Virus record (IMG/VR): IMGVR_UViG_3300032242_001844
Strand: one strand, 5' to 3'
Length of the DNA: 64,000 bases
From: a virus
Shown: positions 17,491 to 28,050 of the stretch, piece by piece
Position numbering within the stretch: the first letter of the stretch is position 1
Layout of the letters: the number at the start of each line of letters is the position of its first letter
The notes under the pieces: generated by a model
The model's database searches: none
What the model saw: only the letters and a program-made list of their open reading frames with translations
Told to the model about the DNA's origin: nothing
Position numbers and translations under genes: made by a program

Positions 17491-20400
17491 ATGGCAATCG
17501 TTCAAATTTCCCGTATAGCCCATCGCAGCGGTCTACTAGAAAATTTACCACAACTAGCTAAAGCTGAACTTGGCTACAGCGTTGATCAACGCCGTCTTTT
17601 TATTGGTAATGGTCAACTTGTTGATGGTGCACCAGAAACTGGCAATACAGAAATTCTTACTGAGTACAGCGATATCTTAAATTTAGCTAATAGCTATACC
17701 TTTAAGAATAATGACGCTGGTTATAACCCACAAACAGGAAATGCTAAAGCACAATATAATGCCATAGCTTGGAATGGAACAATATATGTTGCAGTTGGTA
17801 CTTCTGGTCACATTCTAACTAGTACAGATGCTATAAACTGGAATAATACTAACAGTGGCACAACTAGTGATTTATTAGGCGTTACTTACGGTCTAAATTA
17901 TTTTGTGGCAGTTGGTGCTAACGGTACAGTTCTTTATAGTAGCAATGGCACAGTTTGGAATCAAGGCACACAGACTTATAGTTCATCAGTATCATATACA
18001 AGTGGAACAGTTGTTAGCTATAGTGGTAATTCATACCTTTGTATAGCTACCACTACTGCTGGTATTCTTCCAACTAACACAACTTTTTGGACACTACTAG
18101 CATCTGGTGGTGCAATTACATATACCTCAATTAACGATGTTACATTTGGTAATGGAATTTTTGTTCTTGTTACTCTATTGGGCGGTATCTTTACTAGTGT
18201 TAATGGCATTACTTGGCAATCACGAACAAGTGGTGTATCTGTGCCGCTTAATGCAATAACATATGCTAATGGAACATATGTTGCTGTTGGTAAAACTGGT
18301 ACAGTTGTTTATAGTACAGATGCAGTTACTTGGACAAACCAAAGTATAACTAGCTTTGATTTACTTGGTATAAGATATTTGACAACAGGCGGCGGCAGTT
18401 CTTATATTGCTACTGCAACTAATAACAAAGTTTATTATAGCAGTGATGCCATTTCTTGGTATAGATCGCTAGTAGATTCGTTTGTCGGTGTTGCCACTGA
18501 TGGTACTAGTGCATACTCACTAACAAGTTGGGGCGATGTTTATAAAAATTCATATGGCGTGTTAAACTATGTTTCTAGCATTGCATCTAATATTGAAAAT
18601 TTTACTAACATATACTATTCAACAAATGCGTTTATGGCACTAACTGGCAGTGGTGGTATCTATGTGAGCGCAGATGCTATTACATGGACAACTCTTTCAA
18701 GTGGTGTTGTTACTTCTCTTAATTCAACTTATTATGATGGAACAACTTCTTGGGTAACTGTTGGCAATAACGGTGTAATCTTAACTAATACAACGATCTC
18801 AACCACTGCTACTACAACGGCAAATAGTTCATCAATAACTTCGGTTGGAAATCTTACTATTGCCAATGGGCAGTATATTGTTGGTGCTGGTATTCCAGCA
18901 AATACTACAGTAGTAAGTGGTGCAGGAACTGGTACTTTAATATTAAGTAAACCTGTAACAACAACTGGAACTGCTGTAACTATTGTTGCTTTTTCTACTT
19001 TTGCTAGCAGCACAAGCGGAATATCAACAAACTTAAATGGCATTAACAGAATACCTAGTTTATCTTGGATAGCTGTTGGCGATGATGGTATAGTACTTAC
19101 TAGTCCAAATACAACAACTTGGACTGCTCAATCAAGTGGTCTTACTACAGATATTCGTAATATTACTGTTGCGAATCTAGGTGGCGGTACTTATAGGGCA
19201 ATTGCAGTTGGTGTAGGCGGCAAAGGAATCTATAGTGCAAATGGAACCGCTTGGTCAATAGCAATAAACAACTCAGCTACAAACCCAAGTGGCTCAACTG
19301 TAACACTTAGTGATTTAAATGCAGTAATTTATCAAACCTTTACTGCTCCTGGCGCAGGTAGTCCTACTAGTTTGTATACTGTAGTGGGTGACAATGGTAT
19401 TATTGCAACAAGTACAAATGGCACGACATGGAGCACTGCTACTACATATACGAATAGCAATTTTTTAAATATTATATACACTGGAACTTATTTCTTTGCA
19501 GTTGGTGATACTGGTTTAACATATTTGGCAAGTCAAAATTCTGTAACTTGGACTCCCACAAGCGTTTACTATGGTTCGAACCTATTGGCACCAAACTTAA
19601 ATGATGCAGCGACAAGTGCTTCTTATAGTGTATTGGGTGGTCAATATGGTTATCTTTATCATGCAAGTAATCAATATGTTTACTGGAGAAATGTTGTTCA
19701 GTACCTAAACTATACAACTGATGCGCTGTTATATAATGCGGGTCAATTTATTGCAGTAGGTGCTGCTGGACAGATATCAAACAGCGTTAACGGCATTACT
19801 TGGACTAGTCAAAGCTATACTTTTGGCAATAGCAGCACTATTCGTAAATTACAAGATAAACTTGATGATTTCGTCAGTGTAAAAGATTTTGGCGCAAGAG
19901 GCGATGGCGTAACTGATGACACTGAAGCTATTAATCGCGCACTTTATGAAATTTATTGCCGCACATCTAGCTACCCTGCGAAAAAAAGATTATATTTTCC
20001 TGCAGGAAATTATATTGTAAGTGGCAGTATAAATGTTCCTTCTAATGCTAGAATTACAGGAGAAGGAACATATAATACACAAATTACACAAACCGCAAAC
20101 CCATACATTTATCCATATATTACTTGGGTTATGTATACTGCAGATAATAAACAACAGATTCAAAATCTCATTGGTTTGAACGGAGCTGGTCTGCCAAATG
20201 ATATTACTATCAGTGATCTGACACTAAAAAGTCTTAATGATGGCATCATTGTTGATAGTGCAAGTCGTGTAACATTAGATAATGTTCGTCTGCAAGGACC
20301 AATAACATCTGTAACAGCCTTAACTGATAGTATATCTGGAAACATAACTTCAGCCGTAAAGATATTGGGTAGAAGTTTAACATTTCCAAGTGATGTTAAT

Positions 20401-21144
20401 TTAGTAGATTGTTTGCTTACTGGTTTCAATGTTGGATTATATGTACCTGCTAATCAAAGCGCAAGCAATGCATTGATGGATAGCTGTACATTTAACAACT
20501 TATATAATGGCGTTTACCTAGTAGGTAGCAGCGCAAAAGGTATTACTCTTAGTAATAGTGTAATGGACCAAATTTATTCATATGGCGCTTATATAACAAA
20601 TGCCACTAACTTTGTTAGCTTTGCAAATTATTACAAAGATGTTGGCGATAGTTTAAATGGCGCTAGCAGCCCAGTAGTACCAGTTGTATATTTTGACTCA
20701 GCTACTGCGATTGGTTGCGCATCAGTTGGTGATAGTTTTGATAGAACTGATACCAATCGTGTTACTGAAACAGCAAATTCTGTAGATTGGAATTATAATG
20801 TTGGTCTTCGACTTGGAACTGAACACCATCTTATGGGGCAGTCGTTAGTGCTTGCAGCAAGCACTACTTCAAGATTAGGAACTAATTTTTATAGTGTCGC
20901 TAGTCAAGTTGTTGGTTTGTTGGTAGATTATACCATATACAGAAACAGCGGAAGTCAAGTTAGAACTGGTATGCTAAAATTAAGTGTCACTCCAACTGGA
21001 GTTTATAGTATAGAAGATGATGGAACACAAAATGCTGATACAGGAGTTACGCTTGGATTTGACGGAACCGACATAACTTATACATCAGACGCAAATGGAA
21101 CTGGTCTCATCAATTATGCTATTAGATACTTGGAAATGCTATAA
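17491..21144 (+). CDS. tail fibre/receptor-binding protein with beta-propeller repeats and a pectate-lyase-like beta-helix
   Basis: Repeated AVG..G.I..S.DG..W units; SVKDFGARGDGVTDDTEAI...LYFPAGNY; N-terminal LPQL...ELG...D.RRLFIG. Confidence 0.8.
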   Translation: MAIVQISRIAHRSGLLENLPQLAKAELGYSVDQRRLFIGNGQLVDGAPETGNTEILTEYSDILNLANSYTFKNNDAGYNPQTGNAKAQYNAIAWNGTIYVAVGTSGHILTSTDAINWNNTNSGTTSDLLGVTYGLNYFVAVGANGTVLYSSNGTVWNQGTQTYSSSVSYTSGTVVSYSGNSYLCIATTTAGILPTNTTFWTLLASGGAITYTSINDVTFGNGIFVLVTLLGGIFTSVNGITWQSRTSGVSVPLNAITYANGTYVAVGKTGTVVYSTDAVTWTNQSITSFDLLGIRYLTTGGGSSYIATATNNKVYYSSDAISWYRSLVDSFVGVATDGTSAYSLTSWGDVYKNSYGVLNYVSSIASNIENFTNIYYSTNAFMALTGSGGIYVSADAITWTTLSSGVVTSLNSTYYDGTTSWVTVGNNGVILTNTTISTTATTTANSSSITSVGNLTIANGQYIVGAGIPANTTVVSGAGTGTLILSKPVTTTGTAVTIVAFSTFASSTSGISTNLNGINRIPSLSWIAVGDDGIVLTSPNTTTWTAQSSGLTTDIRNITVANLGGGTYRAIAVGVGGKGIYSANGTAWSIAINNSATNPSGSTVTLSDLNAVIYQTFTAPGAGSPTSLYTVVGDNGIIATSTNGTTWSTATTYTNSNFLNIIYTGTYFFAVGDTGLTYLASQNSVTWTPTSVYYGSNLLAPNLNDAATSASYSVLGGQYGYLYHASNQYVYWRNVVQYLNYTTDALLYNAGQFIAVGAAGQISNSVNGITWTSQSYTFGNSSTIRKLQDKLDDFVSVKDFGARGDGVTDDTEAINRALYEIYCRTSSYPAKKRLYFPAGNYIVSGSINVPSNARITGEGTYNTQITQTANPYIYPYITWVMYTADNKQQIQNLIGLNGAGLPNDITISDLTLKSLNDGIIVDSASRVTLDNVRLQGPITSVTALTDSISGNITSAVKILGRSLTFPSDVNLVDCLLTGFNVGLYVPANQSASNALMDSCTFNNLYNGVYLVGSSAKGITLSNSVMDQIYSYGAYITNATNFVSFANYYKDVGDSLNGASSPVVPVVYFDSATAIGCASVGDSFDRTDTNRVTETANSVDWNYNVGLRLGTEHHLMGQSLVLAASTTSRLGTNFYSVASQVVGLLVDYTIYRNSGSQVRTGMLKLSVTPTGVYSIEDDGTQNADTGVTLGFDGTDITYTSDANGTGLINYAIRYLEML

Positions 21145-21574
21145 CTGGTTTAACGGCAAATCAGAAAATAAAATACTAGCTTGGCGAGAATATCGTCGTA
21201 ATATTAAACAACATCACTTAGAAACAGTAGCCCAATCTTGGGCTACTTGTCCTATTATTTCAAATTATCTTGAATACGATGATTCTAGACACTGGCCTGA
21301 TCCTTGGACTCTTGTCAGTGAAGGAAATTATTGTGATTTAGCTCGTGCGTTGGGAATGTATTACACTTTATATTATACTTCTTATCCATTTCGTGATACA
21401 ATGGCTATTGAAGTTTATAGAGACAGAGAAAAACATGAATACCTTAATTTAGTCAGATGCGAAGGTGGATTATATACGCTTAATTACAGCTTAGGTGAGG
21501 TTGTAAATAACCTCACGATCAGTCCATCAGCAGAATTGATTAATCGTGCAAATTACAAAAATTTACCAGTTTGA
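21116..21574 (+). CDS. hypothetical protein (possible transglutaminase-like cysteine fold)
   Basis: WPDPWTL...YCD.A.ALG...TL motif; start uncertain. Confidence 0.5.
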   Translation: MLLDTWKCYNWFNGKSENKILAWREYRRNIKQHHLETVAQSWATCPIISNYLEYDDSRHWPDPWTLVSEGNYCDLARALGMYYTLYYTSYPFRDTMAIEVYRDREKHEYLNLVRCEGGLYTLNYSLGEVVNNLTISPSAELINRANYKNLPV

Positions 21575-21585
21575 AAGAGAATAGA

Positions 21586-23892
21586 ATGGCAATCAATGTT
21601 ACAAAGCGTGATGGTCGCAAGGAACCATTAAATATTGAAAAATTACATAAAGTAGTATTTTGGGCAACCGAAAATATCAATGGCGTAAGTGCCAGTGAAT
21701 TAGAACTACGCAGTCAAATACAATTTTACAACAATATCAAGACTTCTGAAATTCAAGAAACAATGATTAAAGCTGCTGCTGATCTTATTAGTGAAGAAAC
21801 ACCCAATTATCAGTATGTTGCAGGTCGCCTTGTAAATTACCATCTTCGTAAAGAAGTATATAACAATTATTTTCCTCTACCATTGATTGACATTATCAAG
21901 AAGAATGTAGAAATTGGTTTCTATGAAGCTAATCTACTAACAGATTATACTGAAGAAGAATGGGCAACCATTAATAAATTTATAGATCACGAGCGTGACT
22001 GCACACTTTCTTATGTTGCTATGGAACAACTTCGTGGAAAGTATTTGGTACAGAACCGTGTAACTGGACAAATTATGGAAACGCCACAGGTTGCCTATGC
22101 GCTTATTGCTGCAACCTTATTTGCCAAGTATCCACAGGATACTCGCTTGAAGTATGTGCGTGATTATTATGATGCTATCTCAAAGCATGACATTTCTCTT
22201 CCAACTCCTATCATGGCTGGACTGCGCACTCCACAGCGTCAATTCTCGTCATGTGTATTGATTGAAACAGGCGACAGCTTAGACAGCATTAATGCGACAA
22301 GCAGTGCTATTGTTAAGTATGTCTCACAAAAGGCTGGCATTGGCATTGGTGCAGGTTCTATTCGTGCTATTGGCAGTGCCATTCGTCGTGGCGATGCTTC
22401 TCACACAGGGTTAATTCCATTCTATAAGATGTTCCAAGCAGCAGTGCGTAGTTGCTCACAGGGCGGCGTTCGTAACGGTGCTGCTACTCTTTACTATCCA
22501 CTGTGGCACTATGAAATTGAAGACTTGCTTGTGTTAAAAAATAACAAGGGAACTGAAGACAATCGTATTCGTCAGATGGATTATGGTGTTCAGTTTAACA
22601 AACTTATGTACGAGCGTCTGCTAAGCGGTGGCGATATCACTTGTTTCTCGCCTAATGATGTACCAGGATTGTATGATGCGTTTTTTGCTGACCAAGATAA
22701 GTTTAAGGAAATTTATGAAAAAGCAGAAAAGAATACAAAAATTCGCAAGAAAACTTATAAGGCAATTGACCTATTTTCACAGTTCATGGAAGAACGAAAG
22801 AACACGGGTCGCATCTATCTAATGAATGTTGACCACGCCAATAGCCATGGTGCTTTCATTGAAAGTATTGCACCAATTAAGCAAAGCAATCTATGTGCAG
22901 AGATCGCGCTGCCAACCAAACCACTTAATCATATCTTTGATGAAGAAGGTGAAATCTCACTTTGCACACTTAGTGCAATCAATTGGGGCAATGTTAAAGA
23001 ACCAAAAGACTTTGAACGCATGTGTGACCTTGCGGTGCGTGGTCTTGATGCGCTACTTGACTATCAAAACTATCCTGTCATTGCAGCACAACTAAGCACA
23101 ATGAACCGCCGTCCACTTGGCGTTGGTATCATTAACTTTGCATATTTTCTTGCCAAGAATGATATGAGTTATAGTGATCCTCGTGCGTTGGCACTCGTTG
23201 ACGAATATGCAGAAGCATGGTCCTATTATCTTATTCGTGCAAGCAATCAACTTGCTATTGAAAGGGGTGCTGCACCAAAAAGCAACGAAACCAAGTATGG
23301 TAGTGGTATTCTGCCTATTGATACCTATAAGCGTGAAGTTGATGAACTTGTGCCGCATGTGGAGCGCATGGATTGGGAATCACTTCGTGCAAGTCTGCGT
23401 GAACATGGTATCCGCAATAGTACACTTATGGCACTTATGCCAGCAGAAACCTCTGCACAGGTTGCTAATGCTACAAACGGCATTGAACCACCACGAAGCC
23501 TTATTAGTGTTAAGCAAAGCAAGCATGGCGTATTAAAGCAAGTTGTTCCAGAGTTTCGTAAGTTAAAGAACAAGTATGAACTACTATGGGATCAGAAATC
23601 ACCAGAAGGTTATTTGAAACTAGTTGCAGTGTTACAGAAGTATATTGACCAAAGTATTTCCACCAACACAAGTTATAATCCAACATTCTATGCGGATGAA
23701 AAGATTCCGATGAGTGTTATGATTGGTCACTTACTGCTATGCTACAAGTATGGTATCAAGACGCTCTATTACTTTAATACATATGATGGTCAGGGCGAAG
23801 TTGACATTTCTAAATTAGCACAAGACCAACCATTGTCTGCTACGCTTGCTGCTCTTGATGACCAAGAAAACTGTGAAAGTTGCACTATATGA
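21586..23892 (+). CDS. nrdA: ribonucleotide reductase class Ia alpha subunit
   Basis: ATP cone VTKRDG, SSCVL, SNLCAEI, MPAETS, TLYY, C-terminal CESC. Confidence 0.97.
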   Translation: MAINVTKRDGRKEPLNIEKLHKVVFWATENINGVSASELELRSQIQFYNNIKTSEIQETMIKAAADLISEETPNYQYVAGRLVNYHLRKEVYNNYFPLPLIDIIKKNVEIGFYEANLLTDYTEEEWATINKFIDHERDCTLSYVAMEQLRGKYLVQNRVTGQIMETPQVAYALIAATLFAKYPQDTRLKYVRDYYDAISKHDISLPTPIMAGLRTPQRQFSSCVLIETGDSLDSINATSSAIVKYVSQKAGIGIGAGSIRAIGSAIRRGDASHTGLIPFYKMFQAAVRSCSQGGVRNGAATLYYPLWHYEIEDLLVLKNNKGTEDNRIRQMDYGVQFNKLMYERLLSGGDITCFSPNDVPGLYDAFFADQDKFKEIYEKAEKNTKIRKKTYKAIDLFSQFMEERKNTGRIYLMNVDHANSHGAFIESIAPIKQSNLCAEIALPTKPLNHIFDEEGEISLCTLSAINWGNVKEPKDFERMCDLAVRGLDALLDYQNYPVIAAQLSTMNRRPLGVGIINFAYFLAKNDMSYSDPRALALVDEYAEAWSYYLIRASNQLAIERGAAPKSNETKYGSGILPIDTYKREVDELVPHVERMDWESLRASLREHGIRNSTLMALMPAETSAQVANATNGIEPPRSLISVKQSKHGVLKQVVPEFRKLKNKYELLWDQKSPEGYLKLVAVLQKYIDQSISTNTSYNPTFYADEKIPMSVMIGHLLLCYKYGIKTLYYFNTYDGQGEVDISKLAQDQPLSATLAALDDQENCESCTI

Positions 23893-24593
23893 AACTAGCA
23901 GTTTGTGGCTGTAGTTTTAGTGCCCTTGTTCCTAGTGTACCAAACACCCATTGGAGTGAAATACTAGCTAACAAAATAGGTGCAGAATTACATAACTTTG
24001 CAAGAAATGGAATTAGCAATGATGCTATACGGGTTCAAATAGATGAAGCAATTGCTATAAATCCTGATCTTATTATAGTTAGTTCTACTTCAAGCGATAG
24101 AATCACAATTCCTAGTCATCCAAATACAGAGTCAAGTGGTAAAATTACTTTACAACATTTTAATTATAAAGAAAATGTTAATAGTCACCTAATAAGTAAT
24201 CACTTTAATACTTTTTTACGAAATGCCAGCCCTCGCATAAAAGCTTTAAACATGAAAACTAAGGCAGCTATATTAGGATATATTGAATGTCTGCATGATT
24301 TAAATTGGAAAAAACAACTAGATAATTATATTATAAGGGATGGTCTTTGGACGCTGCATGATCTTGGTATTAATTTTTATTATAACCCATATTATGAAAT
24401 TTCAGAAGAACTTGATATGCCGCAGTGGTTTAAAGAACGATACTTTTTACCTGAACATTTAAGATTTTCAAAATTATGTAATTTTTTTAAATTAAAAGAA
24501 GAAAATGATCCTGGTTATCATATCTCTTACAAAGGTCAACTGTTTTTTGCTAAAAACATTTATAAATTGATTAAACAACAAAATATAGTATAA
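23889..24593 (+). CDS. SGNH-like hypothetical protein between nrdA and nrdB
   Basis: GCSFS, G.SN, DPGYH motifs; AT-rich. Confidence 0.55.
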   Translation: MKLAVCGCSFSALVPSVPNTHWSEILANKIGAELHNFARNGISNDAIRVQIDEAIAINPDLIIVSSTSSDRITIPSHPNTESSGKITLQHFNYKENVNSHLISNHFNTFLRNASPRIKALNMKTKAAILGYIECLHDLNWKKQLDNYIIRDGLWTLHDLGINFYYNPYYEISEELDMPQWFKERYFLPEHLRFSKLCNFFKLKEENDPGYHISYKGQLFFAKNIYKLIKQQNIV

Positions 24594-24615
24594 TAACTAA
24601 AATTGAGGTAAAAAA

Positions 24616-25713
24616 ATGAGCACAGTATTTGACGCAAATGATAAGAGCGACCACACTAAGTCGCTGGCATTCCTAGACCCCAACGGTGGAGTAAGTATCC
24701 AACGATATGACACGCTAAAGTATAAACAGTTTGATAAACTTACTGATAAACAATTGGGATTTTTTTGGCGACCAGAAGAAATTGATATTCTTCGTGATGC
24801 TAAAGATTTTAAAGATTTATCCCCAAATGAACAGCATATCTTTACAAGTAATCTAAAGCGTCAAATTCTACTTGATAGCGTTCAAGGCCGTGCACCAGCC
24901 GTAGCGTTTGGTCCTATCTGTTCACTGCCAGAATTAGAAACTTGGATCACTACTTGGACATTTAGTGAAACTATCCACTCTCGTTCTTATACTCATATCA
25001 TTCGTAATGTGTATGCTAACCCATCAAAAATCTTTGATGAAATGATGGATATCCAAGAAATTGTTGATTGTGCTGGCGATATTACCGCACTGTATGATAA
25101 GTTAATTGAAATGAATAATAATCATGCTCTTACGCAGCAAACAAATTCATACGAACATAAAAAAGCACTTTGGCTTGCACTTATGAGTGTGAACATTCTT
25201 GAAGGTGTTCGCTTTTATGTTTCATTTGCTTGCAGTTGGGCATTTGCTGAATTGAAGAAGATGGAAGGAAATGCCAAAATTATCAAGTTGATTGCTCGTG
25301 ATGAAAATCTGCATCTCGCTGGTACACAAACCTTACTAAAACTGCTACCTAAAGATGATCCTGATTATGCCAAGATTGAAGTAGAGTGTCGTGATGATGC
25401 AATCAAGTTGTTTAATGATGCTGTCAATCAAGAAAAAGCATGGGCGCAATACCTGTTTAAGGATGGTTCTATGATTGGTCTTAACTATCAACTACTTGCT
25501 GAATATGTTGAGTTTATTGCTAACAAGCGTATGCAAGCAGTTGGTCTTGGTCAGCCATATCCGACAAAGAATAATCCACTGCCTTGGACACAGAAGTGGA
25601 TTGCTGGTGCAGAAGTTCAAGTGGCTCCACAAGAAGTCGAAGTGAGTTCGTATGTTATTGGTGGCACTGTGCAAGATGTAGATAGCAACTCATTCAACGG
25701 ATTTAGTTTATAA
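24616..25713 (+). CDS. nrdB: ribonucleotide reductase class Ia beta subunit
   Basis: FFWRPEE, DSVQGR, ETIHSRSY, EGVRFY, RDENLH, VAPQE...SY. Confidence 0.97.
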   Translation: MSTVFDANDKSDHTKSLAFLDPNGGVSIQRYDTLKYKQFDKLTDKQLGFFWRPEEIDILRDAKDFKDLSPNEQHIFTSNLKRQILLDSVQGRAPAVAFGPICSLPELETWITTWTFSETIHSRSYTHIIRNVYANPSKIFDEMMDIQEIVDCAGDITALYDKLIEMNNNHALTQQTNSYEHKKALWLALMSVNILEGVRFYVSFACSWAFAELKKMEGNAKIIKLIARDENLHLAGTQTLLKLLPKDDPDYAKIEVECRDDAIKLFNDAVNQEKAWAQYLFKDGSMIGLNYQLLAEYVEFIANKRMQAVGLGQPYPTKNNPLPWTQKWIAGAEVQVAPQEVEVSSYVIGGTVQDVDSNSFNGFSL

Positions 25714-25726
25714 AGAGGAATAATCA

Positions 25727-25987
25727 ATGATTACATTATATACAAAAGATAACTGCCCATATTGCGATGGCGCAAAGCACCTACTTACTAGTTGGGGTGA
25801 AGAATATGTAGAAGTTCATATCAATGACTATGGTATTCGTGATTGGTTAGTAGCCGAAGGTCATAAGACCGTGCCGCAGATTTACTTCAACGACAAACTT
25901 TTAGTAGAGGGTGGTTATAGTGGACTAAGTAAATTGTCTATCAACGAATTACAGGAAAAAAAGCGTGTTATTACAGAAAACAACTGA
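25727..25987 (+). CDS. glutaredoxin
   Basis: CPYC, TVPQI and GGY motifs. Confidence 0.92.
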   Translation: MITLYTKDNCPYCDGAKHLLTSWGEEYVEVHINDYGIRDWLVAEGHKTVPQIYFNDKLLVEGGYSGLSKLSINELQEKKRVITENN

Positions 25988-26267
25988 CTCAACTACCGTT
26001 ATGACTTTTAAGACATTTGCTGGCGAAGAAATCATCACTCGTGTTGCAGAAGAAACAGAAACTACATATAAACTTACTAAACCGCTAGTAATGATTGCTA
26101 CGCCGCAAGGTGGGTTTGGGTTAGCACCTGCGGTGTTTAGTATTTCACCTGCTGATTCTCCAGTGTTAAATAAGAGTGCAGTAGCTTTATATGGTCCTAC
26201 TGACAAAGATATAGCCAATCAGTACCTTGCTAAAACAACAGGATTGACATTGGCTACTTCTATCTAA
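25965..26267 (+). CDS. hypothetical protein (Sm-like beta-barrel candidate)
   Basis: K...GEEII.....L.KP pattern; start uncertain. Confidence 0.55.
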   Translation: MLLQKTTDSTTVMTFKTFAGEEIITRVAEETETTYKLTKPLVMIATPQGGFGLAPAVFSISPADSPVLNKSAVALYGPTDKDIANQYLAKTTGLTLATSI

Positions 26268-26276
26268 GGAGAGTCG

Positions 26277-26822
26277 ATGTCTATTCCAGCAAAAATTGGC
26301 AGTATGAATACTGGACTTGGTGTTGCATTTATGGGAGAATTAACTGTTCTCATAAATGGAAGACCAGCAAGTCGTTTAGGTGATATGGTAACAGGTCACC
26401 CTGGATTTGATCCATTGCACCCCCATCCGCCAAATCCAATAATTATTGGTAGTCCAAGTGTTTTAGTAGGCGGAAGACCACAAGGTTTCTTAGGAAGTCT
26501 TGATATGTGTCGCCATTCTATGATTCCATTTGAAGCAGATGTATTAGTAGCCGCTGGCGGTGCTGGTGGTATCGGCGGTGGATTGCTTGGCGGTATTATT
26601 GGTAGTATTGGTGGCGGATTACTTGGTGGTCTTGGCAGTCTTGGCGGTCTAGCAGGTGGGCTAGGTTCATTGGGAAGTATTGCTAGCGGTCTTGGTGGCG
26701 TGTCTAGTATCGTTGGCACAGTTAGTAATGTTGTTAACAATGGAGTAGGCGGATTAGTCAACAGTGTTGTTGGCGGAGCAGTTAACAATGTAGTTGGGCA
26801 GGTACAAAATGCCATTAGGTAG
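26277..26822 (+). CDS. PAAR-domain spike protein with glycine-rich C-terminal extension
   Basis: VLINGRPASRLGD, HP, GSPSVLVGGRP motifs. Confidence 0.8.
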   Translation: MSIPAKIGSMNTGLGVAFMGELTVLINGRPASRLGDMVTGHPGFDPLHPHPPNPIIIGSPSVLVGGRPQGFLGSLDMCRHSMIPFEADVLVAAGGAGGIGGGLLGGIIGSIGGGLLGGLGSLGGLAGGLGSLGSIASGLGGVSSIVGTVSNVVNNGVGGLVNSVVGGAVNNVVGQVQNAIR

Positions 26823-28047
26823 TATTACAATCGGTACTGGAAACATCACTACTACAACAACATCAAGTACTGTCACTGGTATTGGCACTACTTTTATTAC
26901 TCAGTTTAAAGCTGGTTCTCTTATTGCAGACATAAGCAATGTGTTTGTTGGATATGTATCTTACATAGCTAGTAATACTAGCTTATCTCTTACTACTGTT
27001 GCAAGTCTTAACATCACAGATCAACGGTTGCATTATGCTCCGATGCTAGCAAATTCTATTGTTTACACATATTATACTAGTGGCAGAGTTACTGCAAATA
27101 CTGCTTCTAAAATAGTAACTGGTAACTCAACAAAATTTGCCACTGAATTAAATTATGGTGATAGTTTGTGGATTGCTAGCACAGTTTCTGGGCCAAATAC
27201 ATTTGTTGGAACAGTTGATTTAATCACCAGCGATACTCAATTATATCTGAATGCTAAAGGATTAGCAAATATTGATAATCAAAAATACTATATTCTGCCG
27301 CCAGTTTATGAAAAAAATTCACCGTTTGGTGGACCAGCAACTGCATTTGAAGAACCAAATGTTAATGCTGGCATACTAAGTATTAATAACCAACTGTTTA
27401 ATTGGGTAAACACTGGTTTGATTCCAAACACTAGCGTAGTAAACAGCTACCATCCACCTATTCGTGATGGTATAACTGGAATATTAGTAAATTTACCCGC
27501 TACTATCTATACTAAAAAAGGAAACAGCACTGCTGTTCTTTCCACCTATTCATTAGGAACAAAGTTTAATAGTTCTGGCAGTGATTATACTGTGCATGAT
27601 TTTGATAAAAATCAATCTGCTTTTGGTACTGATGTTGGGTATGTAAGAAATAGTTTACATCGCGCTAGCGATATTGAACATTTAGTCAATGCAGGTGACA
27701 GGGCAGCATATAACGGTGCAATTGGTTCACTGGTATCAACCACTAGCGCGGATAGATATGCAAAGTTAGCTAATATAAATCTTCCACGAGTTACTGATAG
27801 CTTAGATTCTGCTAAAGAATATTATTCTCAAACTAGTCCAACCGCAGAATTAAAAGAACATGGTGGTACAAATCTTGGAAATAACCAAGAATCAAGATTG
27901 CGCCCACAACCACAAAATTTGCGAAAAGTTGTAGCAACAGGCGCACCCATTGCAGTTCCTGGCATGCTTAATGTTATAGCCGACACATATAAACCAGGAG
28001 ACATAACTTGGGTGCCTCCTAAATTTAAACCAACAAATGTGAGTTAA
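26809..28047 (+). CDS. baseplate/tail structural protein
   Basis: Two VTG..T.F repeat units typical of tail proteins. Confidence 0.55.
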   Translation: MPLGSITIGTGNITTTTTSSTVTGIGTTFITQFKAGSLIADISNVFVGYVSYIASNTSLSLTTVASLNITDQRLHYAPMLANSIVYTYYTSGRVTANTASKIVTGNSTKFATELNYGDSLWIASTVSGPNTFVGTVDLITSDTQLYLNAKGLANIDNQKYYILPPVYEKNSPFGGPATAFEEPNVNAGILSINNQLFNWVNTGLIPNTSVVNSYHPPIRDGITGILVNLPATIYTKKGNSTAVLSTYSLGTKFNSSGSDYTVHDFDKNQSAFGTDVGYVRNSLHRASDIEHLVNAGDRAAYNGAIGSLVSTTSADRYAKLANINLPRVTDSLDSAKEYYSQTSPTAELKEHGGTNLGNNQESRLRPQPQNLRKVVATGAPIAVPGMLNVIADTYKPGDITWVPPKFKPTNVS

Positions 28048-28050
28048 CCT

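Noticed and set aside
21586-25713. Intein, intron or homing endonuclease in the nrd locus
   Set aside because: NrdA and NrdB have normal lengths and continuous motifs; the intervening ORF lacks HNH, GIY-YIG and LAGLIDADG motifs.
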